Virus record (IMG/VR): IMGVR_UViG_3300044546_000330
Location: 1-64,000 of that record
Length of the DNA: 64,000 nucleotides
Source of the DNA: a virus
Reading direction: 5' to 3' (one strand)
This document shows positions 26,801 to 38,600 of this stretch, piece after piece. The position numbers and the translations under genes are program-made. A model generated the notes under the pieces. It saw only the letters and a list, made by a program, of their open reading frames with translations, did no database searches and was not told the DNA's origin. The number at the start of each line of letters is the position of its first letter. The stretch's first letter is position 1.

Positions 26801-27985
26801 ATGATGATTATAGTAAACAACATCAACAACGAAAGAATTGTTGGTACAGCATCAGGAGAAGCTTTCTCAGTTACTTACTCTGAAAAGAAGTATAACTTAA
26901 TGAAAGAACTCCAAAACAAAGCAGAGGACGCTACTACTGTAGACGAACTTAAAGCTATCTTAGAAGAGTTTACACCTCTTACTAAAGAAAGCTATAAGGA
27001 AATCATAGAGCAAGCCTGTCCTTATGTAGTGTGTAACCCTCACACTAATAAGTTCTATCTGAAGTACAATGGAGTAGTGTCAAGCCGACCTATGCCAAAC
27101 GAGTTTGCAGAAAGACTTGTTAAGTCCGCAGAAAAGGGAATTGATTTCATGCCTTACGTGTACATGTGGGTCCGTTATTTAAGAGAAGCTGAAGGCCGAC
27201 CGGCTTACAGTTTACAAAGAGCTAACGACTTTGCCAAGTATGTAACGGCTACCTTTTGTAATCCTAGAACAGTAACACAACTTATGGACGACTTTGGCCT
27301 GTCAAGAGAAGCTGCTGTCAAACAAGCAACTCTACCACAAGTTTCAGTTACGAAAGAAGGTCTATTGTGTACCTTTAAAGTTAGTACTGAGATTCGTCAC
27401 AGATATGACTTGAACGAGGACGAAGAAGTAGTTGTAAAAAGTAGGTACAAGAAGAGTGTTGATCCTGATACAGGAGAAGTAACTTTTACTGAGCCAGACT
27501 TTGCTGAAGACTTATTGTTTGAACCTGCTGTAATGGGCGAAAGAGGAGATGCTTTTAACTGTGTCTCTATTAATGGCGCCTTTAACAAGAAAGGTCACCA
27601 CATCCGCGTAGGCTGTCGTCACTTCTTGGATAGCTGGGATCAAGTAGGTCCTCCTATGGGTCCTGGTTTACACGTTGGTAACCTGGATTACATTGGAACG
27701 TACCAAACTGACCAGACTGTTACTCATAACGTATTTGTAGACCCTGCTCATATCCATACTGTGAATCCTAACGGGCATGGAGACGGTGCTTTGACTTGTA
27801 TTGAGTACTTTGTTCACAGTTCCTTTAAGGGGCAGAACAAAACTCTGTATAACTCGTCAGAGTATGCTAAGTTCCACGATGAAGAGTACGTAAAGTACTT
27901 GAATGAAGTGGTAAAAGCTTCTGCTATGAAGAAGGAGGAAGTTGATCAGTTTGAGTCTGAAGCCAAATCTCTGATTAAAGCCTAG
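26801..27985 (+). CDS. rIIB-like protein
   Basis: VTKEGLLCTFK and GLHVGNLDY motifs; directly after the rIIA-like gene. Confidence 0.75.
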   Translation: MMIIVNNINNERIVGTASGEAFSVTYSEKKYNLMKELQNKAEDATTVDELKAILEEFTPLTKESYKEIIEQACPYVVCNPHTNKFYLKYNGVVSSRPMPNEFAERLVKSAEKGIDFMPYVYMWVRYLREAEGRPAYSLQRANDFAKYVTATFCNPRTVTQLMDDFGLSREAAVKQATLPQVSVTKEGLLCTFKVSTEIRHRYDLNEDEEVVVKSRYKKSVDPDTGEVTFTEPDFAEDLLFEPAVMGERGDAFNCVSINGAFNKKGHHIRVGCRHFLDSWDQVGPPMGPGLHVGNLDYIGTYQTDQTVTHNVFVDPAHIHTVNPNGHGDGALTCIEYFVHSSFKGQNKTLYNSSEYAKFHDEEYVKYLNEVVKASAMKKEEVDQFESEAKSLIKA

Positions 27986-27996
27986 TCTTATCACCT

Positions 27997-28030
27997 AAGA
28001 AGGGGAGTGTAATAGCTCCCTTTCTTTTTT
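27997..28030 (+). terminator. intrinsic terminator
   Basis: AAGAAGGGGAG...CTCCCTTTCTT plus T-run. Confidence 0.75.
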
Positions 28031-28040
28031 AAACTTAAAT

Positions 28041-28508
28041 ATGAACGGATCACGAAACAGAACAGCAGGACATAGCTTTGAAAGAGAGTGTGTAAAGTTG
28101 TTTAAACAACTAGGATTTACTCATGTGGAAACATCTAGACTAGTGTCTAAGATGAGAGATTCTCAAAAGATAGATCTTGCTAACCCGGATGAACTGGAGC
28201 ATGGGAGATTCCCTTACAATGTACAATGTAAGAACACTACTACTTTGAACTACAGTAAAATCCTACAAGAAGTACCTATTACCCCAGGTATAAAGAATGT
28301 GGTCTTGCATAAGCACACGAAAAAAGTGGGCACCAAGTTTATAAGTCAAGGAAAGTTTGCCTATATGTATATGGAAAACTTCTTTGAACTTGTAGAAGAA
28401 TTAGAAAAATACAAGAAAGGCTATGAAGCTATGATGGAGTACTTTGATTCCATACCAGAAGATGAAAAGCCTAAACTTGACCTTAAACTTAAAACACTAG
28501 GATTATGA
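28041..28508 (+). CDS. PD-(D/E)XK nuclease, Holliday junction resolvase-like
   Basis: NRTAGHSFERE...IDL...NVQCK pattern. Confidence 0.75.
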   Translation: MNGSRNRTAGHSFERECVKLFKQLGFTHVETSRLVSKMRDSQKIDLANPDELEHGRFPYNVQCKNTTTLNYSKILQEVPITPGIKNVVLHKHTKKVGTKFISQGKFAYMYMENFFELVEELEKYKKGYEAMMEYFDSIPEDEKPKLDLKLKTLGL

Positions 28509-29284
28509 GAGCAGCGATAATAGATGCAGATAGCATCATCTACATAGTAGCATGGAACAACAAAGAGTCTGACGAAGAACTTGTCATTCAGTCTTGTGAC
28601 AGTATTGTAAACGCTATTCTTAAGAAAGCAGAGGCCACTCATTACCTAGGAGCTTTCTCAGCCAGTGTAACCTTTAGACAAGAGGTGTACAAGGTTGCAA
28701 AGTACAAAGGAAACAGAGGAGAAAAGCCCGAATGGATTACCAAATGGGGACCAGTTATAAAGAATCACTTAATAACTAACTGGGGCTTTGTACAAGCTTC
28801 TAAGTGCGAGGCAGATGACGTACTAGCAGCTATGGAAAGTCTTCTTGAAGACTCTTCTATAGAACTAGTGTACTGTTCTCCTGATAAAGACTTGAAGCAA
28901 CTACCTGGTCTTCACTTTGATTATAGCAAGATGGAGAATGAGCTAGAATCTGTAAACTTTGAGCAGTCTATAGACAACTATCTTACTCAACTTCTTACAG
29001 GGGATGCCACTGATAACGTAAAAGGACTCTTTGGCGTGGGCCCAGTAAAAGCTGCTAAACTACTAGCTAGTTGTATAGACCATCTGGATAAGTATCAGAT
29101 GGTTATCAATCAGTATGATCAGTTCTACGGTGACTACTATGGTCCTATCATCCTTAAAGAAACTGAGACAACTATAGGGTTATTAACTCCTATTCATCCC
29201 TTGTGGGAGGAGTACAGCCCTACTATGTCCGGTTATAGACTTCTTCCAGTACCCGAGATAGATAATGACTTACCTGAACTGTAG
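28505..29284 (+). CDS. 5'-3' exonuclease (FEN/T7 gp6-like)
   Basis: IDADS, YKGNR, EADD, DKDLKQ, GDATDNVKG..GVGPVKA. Confidence 0.92.
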   Translation: MRAAIIDADSIIYIVAWNNKESDEELVIQSCDSIVNAILKKAEATHYLGAFSASVTFRQEVYKVAKYKGNRGEKPEWITKWGPVIKNHLITNWGFVQASKCEADDVLAAMESLLEDSSIELVYCSPDKDLKQLPGLHFDYSKMENELESVNFEQSIDNYLTQLLTGDATDNVKGLFGVGPVKAAKLLASCIDHLDKYQMVINQYDQFYGDYYGPIILKETETTIGLLTPIHPLWEEYSPTMSGYRLLPVPEIDNDLPEL

Positions 29285-29292
29285 TAACTTTG
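29285..29292 (+). promoter_or_regulatory. Bacteroidota sigma -7 element
   Basis: TAACTTTG in the intergenic gap before 29309. Confidence 0.45.
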
Positions 29293-29308
29293 TCCTAAAT
29301 GACATATT

Positions 29309-29872
29309 ATGGAGCTAAAAACTATGATTACAGTAATGAAAGAGGTAAATCTTTGCACCTATTTTCTTCTTCCATTGCTAGGACTTTCGGAGCGCAGCTT
29401 CGGGGAGGGCAACTTCACAAACAGCTTCTTAGACAGGGCTGAACCGTTTATTTATGTGGGCGTATCTAACCTCGATCGAATTCCCCTTGATGTAAGACAA
29501 GGGTCTAGTAAGATTGTGGCTATTGATGGTACTACTTACCTAAGATTTAGGTTTCCTGATCTTTGGGCACTTGACATTAAGAAGTTTGCAGAAGGAAAGT
29601 ACAGTACTATGAGTAGTACGGCTAAACAAGCCATAAGGACTTACTCAGGATTAATGTACAAAGAAGAAAGAGAGGGTATGATGTACTCTGACTTTAGATT
29701 GACTGCCTTAGAAAGGAGTCCAGCTTTAGTAGAGGAACTGAAGAACCATCTTTACAGCGACAAGGATTCATCCTACGGCGTGACTATTCTTGACACAGAT
29801 CCAACAACTGAACTTCTGGAAGCCCCCGGCTACTACATGTTCTTTAACAAGGAAATAGAGTCTATATCTTAA
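29309..29872 (+). CDS. hypothetical protein
   Basis: 187 aa ORF, last gene of the + arm. Confidence 0.75.
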   Translation: MELKTMITVMKEVNLCTYFLLPLLGLSERSFGEGNFTNSFLDRAEPFIYVGVSNLDRIPLDVRQGSSKIVAIDGTTYLRFRFPDLWALDIKKFAEGKYSTMSSTAKQAIRTYSGLMYKEEREGMMYSDFRLTALERSPALVEELKNHLYSDKDSSYGVTILDTDPTTELLEAPGYYMFFNKEIESIS

Positions 29873-29876
29873 AATT

Positions 29877-29912
29877 ACCCTGCACTTTCCGAAAGGAGGT
29901 GTAGGGTTTTTT
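29877..29912 (+). terminator. intrinsic terminator at the convergence of the two transcription arms
   Basis: ACCCTGCACTTTCC-GAAA-GGAGGTGTAGGGT plus T-run. Confidence 0.8.
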
Positions 29913-29928
29913 CTGCGCGCTATTGGCG

Positions 29929-30213
29929 CTAGTAAAACGAGTCAGTGGACTGAGGGCCCCATTTACCTATAGGGCAGGAACAAGTAGTGCATGCAGTCTT
30001 AGCAGAGAGAGGACAAGTACACTTAGTACACTTTAAGATACTCCCTTCCGGGTTTAACCCTCTTACTATAGTACTGGCTACCTTACCTAACTCTCCTCTA
30101 AAAGGACAAGTATCACACACGGCAAGCCGTTGCTCCATAAGTAGCTTAGTACGTGGAGAAGCTGTGGCGTAAGCATGCCACCCTTGTGCTATTTGTAGTA
30201 TACTAGACGACAA
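29929..30213 (-). CDS. small Cys-rich (zinc-binding) protein
   Basis: RLAVCDTCP...CTKCTCPLSAK...CPIGKW pattern. Confidence 0.7.
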   Translation of the reverse strand: MSSSILQIAQGWHAYATASPRTKLLMEQRLAVCDTCPFRGELGKVASTIVRGLNPEGSILKCTKCTCPLSAKTACTTCSCPIGKWGPQSTDSFY

Positions 30214-31537
30214 AGACTTTTGTAGGGTAAGAACAGACTATAGGTACTATTAAGTGTGCTGTTGAGGATAATGTTGCAGTGCTATAATCGGCGCCCGATG
30301 TTGGTAATACAAGACTTAAGTACATATCTCCAGCAGGTGTAATAGTACAACTCATGTGTATGTTTATTTGGCGCCCCGCAAACTGAGTTTCCTTTCCTGA
30401 GCCCCAATAACGGGTAGGTTGTATAATACCTGGTAAAGTTATTGTAGTAGTGTGCATAGGTCTATAAGTAGCAGGAATAGTGCCTATTTTATAGGATTCT
30501 ACGTATCTAACTGCTCCCAAAGTGGTCATAACCGCTGTAATGTTAGCCCAAACTACGTAAAAAGCTGCGTTTATAGAAACAGTTATAAGGTTTGCAGTGT
30601 CTGTTAATTTACTTATAGTATTAATAGGATCGTCTTGAGTAAAAGTATCGACATCACCGTCTCCTACACATTCTCCCCATCCCAATGAGCTATCCGGAGT
30701 TATATTAGAGTAAGTGTAAGTTACTGCGCCCGCCGGTAAAGTTTTGTAAGACCATTGATTACCTGTCCAGTACAACACTTGATCTACAGTCGCAGAAGTG
30801 TCTACTGCATCATTGACATTAGATAAGTCACCTAAAGAGTGAGTGTGAGCTGGAAGAGTAGGTGTAGGTATTACTAAACTTGAGGCATTAGTTACTCTAC
30901 CATAAGCATCTACATTAATTACAGGGTATGAGGTAGAACTCCCATAAGTTCCAGCAGTAACTCCGCTAACGGCTAAGTCTATTACAGGGTTACCAGTTAC
31001 ACCGTCAGGGTAAGTAACAGTAAGTCTAGAAGTATTACCGATAGAACGGAATGTCCAAGTGCCTACAGCAGTCTTTGTTAAAAACCCACTACCCGAGAGT
31101 GCTTCTATAGCTGGAAGTTCTAGACCTAAGTCAGGGTATACTAAAGCTTGTAGTGTCACTCCTGTAATATGGCCCGACTCATTAATTGTAATAACAGGCA
31201 CTTCTATAGAAGATCCGTACGTTCCTACAGGAACTCCACTAGCACTGTGTGACACTACTCCTGTTAGAGGATTGTAAGCTAAGGGTGCAGATGCACTTAT
31301 TATAGCACGAGCAGCAGACTCAGTAAAGAACTGATTACCTAATAAGTCTATGTCGTTTATGGTGAGTTGAACTTCTCCTGTTTTATCTGCAACAGAAATT
31401 ACGCAACAAGGATTACTAGGTAAAGCTTCAGAGGTGCTTACTAGTCCTGCTAGATTACACTGGCAAGAACTCACAGTAGTACTGGAGAAATCAAATGGGT
31501 CACCTAAAGACCCTCCGCATTTTATACATGTACTCAT
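30203..31537 (-). CDS. tail fibre-like virion protein
   Basis: Two SGV.(A/V)GTYGSS...PVI.....G..T repeats, HTHSLGDLSNV, IGTIPATYRP. Confidence 0.75.
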   Translation of the reverse strand: MSTCIKCGGSLGDPFDFSSTTVSSCQCNLAGLVSTSEALPSNPCCVISVADKTGEVQLTINDIDLLGNQFFTESAARAIISASAPLAYNPLTGVVSHSASGVPVGTYGSSIEVPVITINESGHITGVTLQALVYPDLGLELPAIEALSGSGFLTKTAVGTWTFRSIGNTSRLTVTYPDGVTGNPVIDLAVSGVTAGTYGSSTSYPVINVDAYGRVTNASSLVIPTPTLPAHTHSLGDLSNVNDAVDTSATVDQVLYWTGNQWSYKTLPAGAVTYTYSNITPDSSLGWGECVGDGDVDTFTQDDPINTISKLTDTANLITVSINAAFYVVWANITAVMTTLGAVRYVESYKIGTIPATYRPMHTTTITLPGIIQPTRYWGSGKETQFAGRQINIHMSCTITPAGDMYLSLVLPTSGADYSTATLSSTAHLIVPIVCSYPTKVFVV

Positions 31538-31839
31538 GAGCAACAACAGGATTTAGAGATTTGTTCTACGTTTGTTAGAAGAGCCATAAGTTGGTCTTCA
31601 TTTATAAAGTTCTTCCCTTCAAAGTCAAAGCTATCTAGCGCGTACAAGTACAAGTATAGGCAGTAAACACCGGTAGTGTCTGAAGGGTTACAAAGATTTT
31701 TATTAAGTTGGTACAAGTTGTTGTACATCATATTAAGTACACCGTCAGTAAGTCCAGCCTTTCCACCTGAAAGCGCTTTACATACTTCGTCTTCTGAAAC
31801 AAAAGGAGTAAACTCGGATATATTATACAATGTAGCCAT
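31534..31839 (-). CDS. hypothetical virion-module protein
   Basis: TAATG/ATGA coupling with its neighbours. Confidence 0.65.
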   Translation of the reverse strand: MATLYNISEFTPFVSEDEVCKALSGGKAGLTDGVLNMMYNNLYQLNKNLCNPSDTTGVYCLYLYLYALDSFDFEGKNFINEDQLMALLTNVEQISKSCCCS

Positions 31840-32618
31840 TAGCAAGTAGTACAAGTTGGTGAAGAAGTAGAAGACGCACTCAAAAGAACTGCAGCGTTAT
31901 GAGCTTTGGCATAGTTTCCACAGTTCATACTTATCTGTGCAGCAAACTTAAGTAGTAATCGATTAAACAAAGCTAAAGAAGTTTCATTGTCACAACCTTG
32001 CCCGTTCTTTAAAGAGTTTATAGCCATGTTTCCAATATCAGAGATAAGATCTGCTTCTCCGTCATTAGTAATCAGTACGTACTTTTGTACTTTATACACA
32101 AACCACAAAGGACCGTCGTCTAACCCACCGGTCAAAGTTGAAGCCAGTGTTACAGTTGTGGTGTCGAAAGCTGTAATAACAGAGACATTATCTATGCTAA
32201 AGTTTTCAGAAGCTGAAACTATTACTCCGTAAACACCTTCGAACAAACCTGTAGTGCCCGTCCAAGGGGCCCCAGCTCCTCTACTAAGTGTAGTCTTCGG
32301 TGTATCTAGAGCATAGTCTAAGTCTATACCTGATACTGATCTTGTAAAGTACTCTGTTACAAGATAAATACCGTCTTTAAACTGGTAAGAGATGGTCGCT
32401 GTTACATCTTCATTAGTAGTTGAAGGAAAAAACGTAAGTTTTTGGGCTATGTCACCTAGGTATTGTACGTATAACTGTTTGTTCCATGACAAGTTATTCT
32501 GGGGCAAGTAACTTGCTATTCCGTAACCTGTAAGGTCAGCAGGGTAGTTTCCTGTAATGTCAGCAACTGTAATAGACTTGGAGTCTTTTGGAATTGTTAT
32601 GCTTATCTTAGGTATCAT
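31839..32618 (-). CDS. hypothetical structural protein
   Basis: 259 aa, beta-rich, DITGNY...TGYG and FKDGIY motifs. Confidence 0.7.
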   Translation of the reverse strand: MIPKISITIPKDSKSITVADITGNYPADLTGYGIASYLPQNNLSWNKQLYVQYLGDIAQKLTFFPSTTNEDVTATISYQFKDGIYLVTEYFTRSVSGIDLDYALDTPKTTLSRGAGAPWTGTTGLFEGVYGVIVSASENFSIDNVSVITAFDTTTVTLASTLTGGLDDGPLWFVYKVQKYVLITNDGEADLISDIGNMAINSLKNGQGCDNETSLALFNRLLLKFAAQISMNCGNYAKAHNAAVLLSASSTSSPTCTTC

Positions 32619-32622
32619 AATA

Positions 32623-32630
32623 CAAAGATA
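32623..32630 (-). promoter_or_regulatory. Bacteroidota sigma -7 element, 4 nt before ATG
   Basis: TATCTTTG-TATT-ATG on the - strand. Confidence 0.6.
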
Positions 32631-32675
32631 GTAAAAAAGAGATACACTTATGCATATCTCCTTCTTACTGTAAGG

Positions 32676-35600
32676 TTATCTAACTGCTGAACTAAGGTCA
32701 GTAGTTGCATACTGGTTTAGTTTATTTACATTGTTCACTATAGGCAGGGCTTTTGTAGTCTTGAGAACAGCTTTGTCCCAATGGTATCCTTCATCTGTAG
32801 AAAACTTGTACCAAGCTTTAGGCACAGCAAGTGCATCTCTTACTACGGACCATGAAGGTACTGGGTTACCAGTCAACTGGTCAAACACATCCGGGCTAGA
32901 GTAGATAGCAAGATCCTGGTAAGTTCTATACAGCATGTTTATAGTCATACGTTGTATAGCTGTGTGATCTTTCCCTAGTCGTCTTCTCTTCTTCATCTCT
33001 TCGTCGTCTGGTAAAGCAGCTTTAAGTAAATAGTACGAAGCAAGTATAAAAGCAGTGTAAGCCATACCTGCTAAGTTTCTTCTCATGTTCTCTTTCTCAT
33101 GTTCTTGCAAGTCTACTAGTTGCCTTTCTCCGTCTACAGTTCTCCATATCTGGCCACTGTCTAACGGATTTGTTCCAGTCATTACACTGAAAGCTTGTTG
33201 CAATAACATAGGTACTCCAAGACCAGGCATACGTAACATAGTTCTGTATCTACCTTCTACGTTTCTTTCTAGTACCTCACTGTATCCTTGATCACTGCCC
33301 CATCTAGTCTTAATACCTTCTGGTATCCAGCTAGCTTTAAACTGACCAAGTAGTCTACCAAACATGTCCTCTTTAATATGCTGAGGCATAAACTTGTCCT
33401 GCGCTCCAAAGATTATGACCTGTATCATTCTAGCTCTTAGAGTAAACTTGTTCCATTCTGTTTGTTCGCTCCTGTTATCTTGAGAAGACCACGCTTTGTT
33501 CTCGCCATACTTGGCAGCGTCCCATTCTCCGTTCTCATTTAAAGCGTCGAACAAACGAATAGTTTTCTCTTCGCCATCTACAAGTACTTTTATAGGTACA
33601 TTAAGAGTACGGGCAATAATACACGAACCTTTAGTAAGAAAGTCACCTGACTTCTGCGCTGCAAAAGGATGGAAGAACTGAGCGGTGTTTGACTTCTCTT
33701 CTACTAGGTTTGTTTTACCGTAAGCAGTGTCTATTAATGCCTCGATAGAACCAACTCTCTGTATAATTGCTGCACATTTCTTAGCAACGTCTCCACCTTC
33801 GTACCCAAACGCTTTTAACCAAGACCTAGACACATTACCTTTCATCATCTTGAAAGCTAGTTTAAGGTGCTCTACTGCAAAGTCTCCGTTACCTTTAGTA
33901 AAGCCATCTTCTCCAACTCTAAAACCTCTGGCATGTATCATTGCGGCCATGTAACCGTAAGTAAAGTTAGACACAGCTGAGAGAGGATTATAAGACATAG
34001 ACTTAAGTTGTTGCAAACCTATTGTAACGTCTGCTATTTTAGAAGCAGCAATGTACCTAGCCTTTGATCTTATCTCTTCTACTCTGTTCTCTACCATTTC
34101 CAACTCTTTTACAAGTGGGTGATTAGGATTATCGTAAGGGTTTACACCAGTGTTTGCATGCTCATCTAGTATTTTACTTCGAAGAACTGGGACTCTTTTA
34201 ACAAGTTCAGCAAGTTCTCTAGTAAGTTTTTTGTTCTCTCTGACGTTTGCACTGTACACCGGCGTAGTACCGACTCCTTGTACTTCCGTAGGCTTTTGGT
34301 ATACCAGCATATCTTGATAGTACTCCATCAAGCTTAACAAGTTAGTCAATCCTTTCTTACCATCCTTTAGTCTCTCATTGTTTTCCTCTTTAACTAAACG
34401 AGTGATAACGTCTCCTACTTCTTTTACAGGGTACATGTTCTTGTAGTGTATAGCCATGTTACCAAACATCTCAAAGATACGAGGTAAGTCATGACTAATC
34501 TCTTCAGTAAGTACTCTGCCTTTTACTTTGTTTCCGGCCGCATCAATAGTCTCTTCCCTTGGGGCAGCACCGGCGTACTTAACCTTAAGTTTAGAACCGC
34601 GTACTTTGTCCATCTGGTCTTTAGTAACAGATAGTTTTTCAAGCGCCTTTTGCCCTACTGCTGACGTCTTAAAGTTAGACAAGAAGTTAGAAGCTGCTGC
34701 CATCTGATCTATACCTACTATAGGCAAGAAGTTTTCGTGTAAACTCTCCGCTAGTGTGGCCGGTAAATAGTCTCTAAACTTTTGAGACAATTCGGTTAGT
34801 ATATCATAAGCTTCAGACAGGTTATTGTTGGCCCTTATCTTTTCGTACTTACTATCTAAGTTAGATGCTAGTCTTTTAGGGGCAAACCAAGCTTTGAATC
34901 TTCCGTTGTGCGCGTATACTCTTTCTTCTTTTTGAGACGTAGATGGTTCTGTGTTTAAGAAACTAACCGGAGAGTTTCTACTTTCCCAACTAATCTTTTG
35001 TCTAGCTTTCTCGTTTTCTATTCTTGTCTTAACGTGATTAGCCATGTACACAAGTTGTTCATCTGGCGTCATGTTTGCCCAGTTTATCTGGTCTTCAGCG
35101 GATAAAGTAGCAGGATCAAAAGCTGCCATAGCAGGGTCTGTTTCTACTCCTGCTTCTAACTCTTCGAACTTTATCTCTCTTATCTCTAAGTACTTTTTGT
35201 AGTCCTTTTGAGCTTTTTCTATTACCTTCTTAGTAGATTCTTCTACAGTCTTAGAATAGAAATCTGCCAACACTGCTTGAGCTTCTGCGTCTGTTCTTAG
35301 TTCCCCTGTAGCTAAGTCAAGTATCTTGTCGATAGGAACTGCTATGCCTGTCTTGTTACTTTCTTTCCAGTACTTCTTAAATGCGCGTTCTGCAAGTTTC
35401 CTTTTACGTCTTACATTGTCTGGCGTATCAGTAGGCATACTTTGTAGTTCGCTAAGTCTGTGTCTTAAGTACCCTCTATTACTAGCTAATGCTTGATACC
35501 AGTCAGGGTGCAATTCTTGTACAAGTCCAAACACAGTGTTGGCATCGTTAGTCTGAATGAACTGTGCGTAAGCTTTCTCGTCTGGTACAAGTTCTTTAAA

Positions 35601-38600
35601 CCTCTTGAGTATACTTACCAAGTCACGCTTTTCAGCCTCTGCAGTCTGTACATGGTACTGAGTAAACGTAGTGTACATCTGCATTAACTTGTTAGCATCT
35701 CTCTCTAAGTAGATCAATTGATCTTGAAGTATGTGTATCTCCTTAAGATTAAAACCAAGGTCAGCCGGGGTAAGTTCTATGTTTGTAACTTCTTTACCTG
35801 TCGCTATTACAGTGTGCATACCTTGCTGTACCATTCTATTGGTGAGTTCTCTGGCTATACCTTCTATTGAAGAAGTGGCAAGTTTAAAGTCTTCGTTAGT
35901 AGTATCAAACCCAGTTTTGTAAATCTCTGATAAAGAGTTCCAAGTATCTAGTACTTCCCAAGCGACATTCACTTCAGACATGTGCAGGTTACCTTTAGTC
36001 AATCTATTCTTTACCCACTGTATCTGTTTGTTACCTATCTCTATTACCTTCTCAAGGTCATTGGATTCTTTAAGTTGATCGTAGTCATCCTTTACTTCGT
36101 GGTACTGTAGTTTTGCTTCTGCTTGACGTTGTCTATCTTCATCTGTTCTAGCGGGTCTATCTATTGCACCTTCCATAACTTGTAGAGTTCTATACATGTT
36201 CTCAAGTACTTTGTCCACATAGTCAGTACGTATAGACTTAGCCTCGGCGCCGACAGTCAATATTAAGTGAGTACCTTTGTCTTCTACAGAAACGTCTTTA
36301 GATTGTGTAGTACCTATGATGTCCTTCATGTGGCTAGCTTCTTGTTCTGTAAAGAAGAGCATAGCAGGGGGTGCAAACAAATCATCAAGAGTAGTAGTTA
36401 TTCTTTCTAGCGCTCGTTCGTTGTGGTCTTGTAAAGAAGATAAGTCATAGCTTAGCGCGACTGCTTCTTTCAGTATACTAGTACTATTGTACTGTACACC
36501 CTTTGCCTCAAGGGCTTTTACTACCTCTGCAAAGAAAGAAGTTACAGCGTCTAAAAGCTTCTCTATCCAGTTTTCTGCTTTGTTTGTAGACTCTATGCTG
36601 TTAAGAAACTGCATAAGGTCTTCTTGAGTAAGCACTTGGACTACAAACTCTTCCATACTTGAAAGACTGTACATCAACCTGATGTTAACGTCGTCCGGCA
36701 AAGAGCTCTTATTCTCTTTTAACAAGTTGGACCATTCTTCAAACTTTCCAGGTTGGGCAATTTCCATCTCTGCTTTAAGTTTAGCTAAAGCTTGTTGACG
36801 AAGCTTGTCTAACTCTATAGCTTTTCTATAAAGGTCAGGGTGCTTGGCGATAAACGCTTGAGCACTTGCTTGGTACTCAGCAAATAACTTATCTGACTCT
36901 GCCTTTGATGCATTAGGGTTATCTTTACTATACTTTGACCACCATAAGTCCTTGTTTAACCATCCCATACTTCTTAAGAACCCTACAGATCTTGTGTGTA
37001 AGTTCTCGTGTACAGTTGTTTCAGCAGCTAACTTTATGTCCTTAGTAGGTTTAAGATTTAAAGTATTAGTCTGTAAGAAAAAGTTACCACTAGACCCTAT
37101 AGGGCTAGTAGGACTATAGCTAAATGGTTGGGCAGTGTTTACTCCAAGAAACTGTCTGCCTTCAAGTTCTTCAGCTGATACTGTTGACTCTGCAAGACTT
37201 TGAGCAAGCATTCTTAAGTAGCTAGGTACTAGAGGATCTGTAGACAGAAGTTCTAATCCTCTGTTCATAATCTCTTCACCACCTTCTATATGCAAGTTCC
37301 AGCGGGACAGTGCGTTATTAGGGTCACTACCTTCACGTATTCTCTTTTCGACTTCAGAGTCTAACTGCCTTTCAAAAGTAGCTTCTTTAAACTTATACCC
37401 TGCTCTGTTCTCTGGGAACACTGATCGATTTATTTCGTGCACTTTAGAGTCATACTCTACATGATTATCTTGCCCTAAGGTGTCAACGCGTTGATAAGTA
37501 ACTGTACCTCCCGCTTCTCTTAGCCTGTAAAGTATAGTACGCCCTTCTTGTTTAGACCTGTAACTAATGTACTTAGTGTACTCTTGCTCGCCGTCTCCAG
37601 GTACAACTTGTAAGTTTGCATTTTGTCCATACTTAAATACTATTATCTCAGGGTAATCTCTACCTGTGACCTCATACTGGGCCCAAGAATCTTTAAACAC
37701 AGCAGAGTCTACTTTGATAGCTAGTTTAGGCATGTGCTGATACAGCTGATCTATAAACCCAGCAGGCACTTTACCAGTTGCTTGTAGCATTTCATAGGAA
37801 AGCCTTAGGTTTACACTTATATCAGTACCTAATAAAACTCCTGAAGGTAACTTACTAGCCAAAGAAGTTGAACTAGCCTGAGGAGTAAGTAGCATAGTAT
37901 ACGTTATTAAGTCTTCTCCTAGTTGTCTTTCTACTTCATTACTTGATTGTATGAGAGCAGCAAAATCTTCTATTACTTGGTTGTCTGTTGCACGTATAGA
38001 CTTTTCATTGTGGACAGTTATAAAGTCGGGCCCTTTTCCTACTATTGCAATATCAGTAGAAATACGGTTTATAAGACTGTTAGTCTTGTTCTCTTTCATG
38101 TACTCGGCCACTCTAACTGCTAAGGACTTATTTGTCTCGGTATTGTAGAGTAGTCTTAACCTTTCAGCAGTACTGTTCATAGCTATTGCAGGTGAGGTAG
38201 AGATTAAGAAAGACCTAAAATTCCTAAGGACTTCTAGTTGTACTTTCAAAGGTAACTCACTCATTACTTTACCTTGTTGCATTGCCACTTGTGACATTAG
38301 ACTAGATATAGCATCTACCGGGAATACGGAAGCTAGTAAATTCTTGGCAATAGGAATAGTCATCTGGTACATCTGTTCCAGCTGGTGCTCGGGCTCAGTT
38401 AAATAGTGTTCCCCTATAAAGATCTTGCCCATAGTTGTGTGGCCAAGCTTTTCATGATTCTCTTCTTGCTGAAGTAAGTAGACTAGGTTAGGCCCTGCTC
38501 CATTAGTGTCTTGGTTTAAAGTCTTTTGAAGTTGTCTAATACGTTCTCCTATTTCCAACAACCTTTCAAACTTTTTCAAAACCGCTAACTGTCTTGTGTA

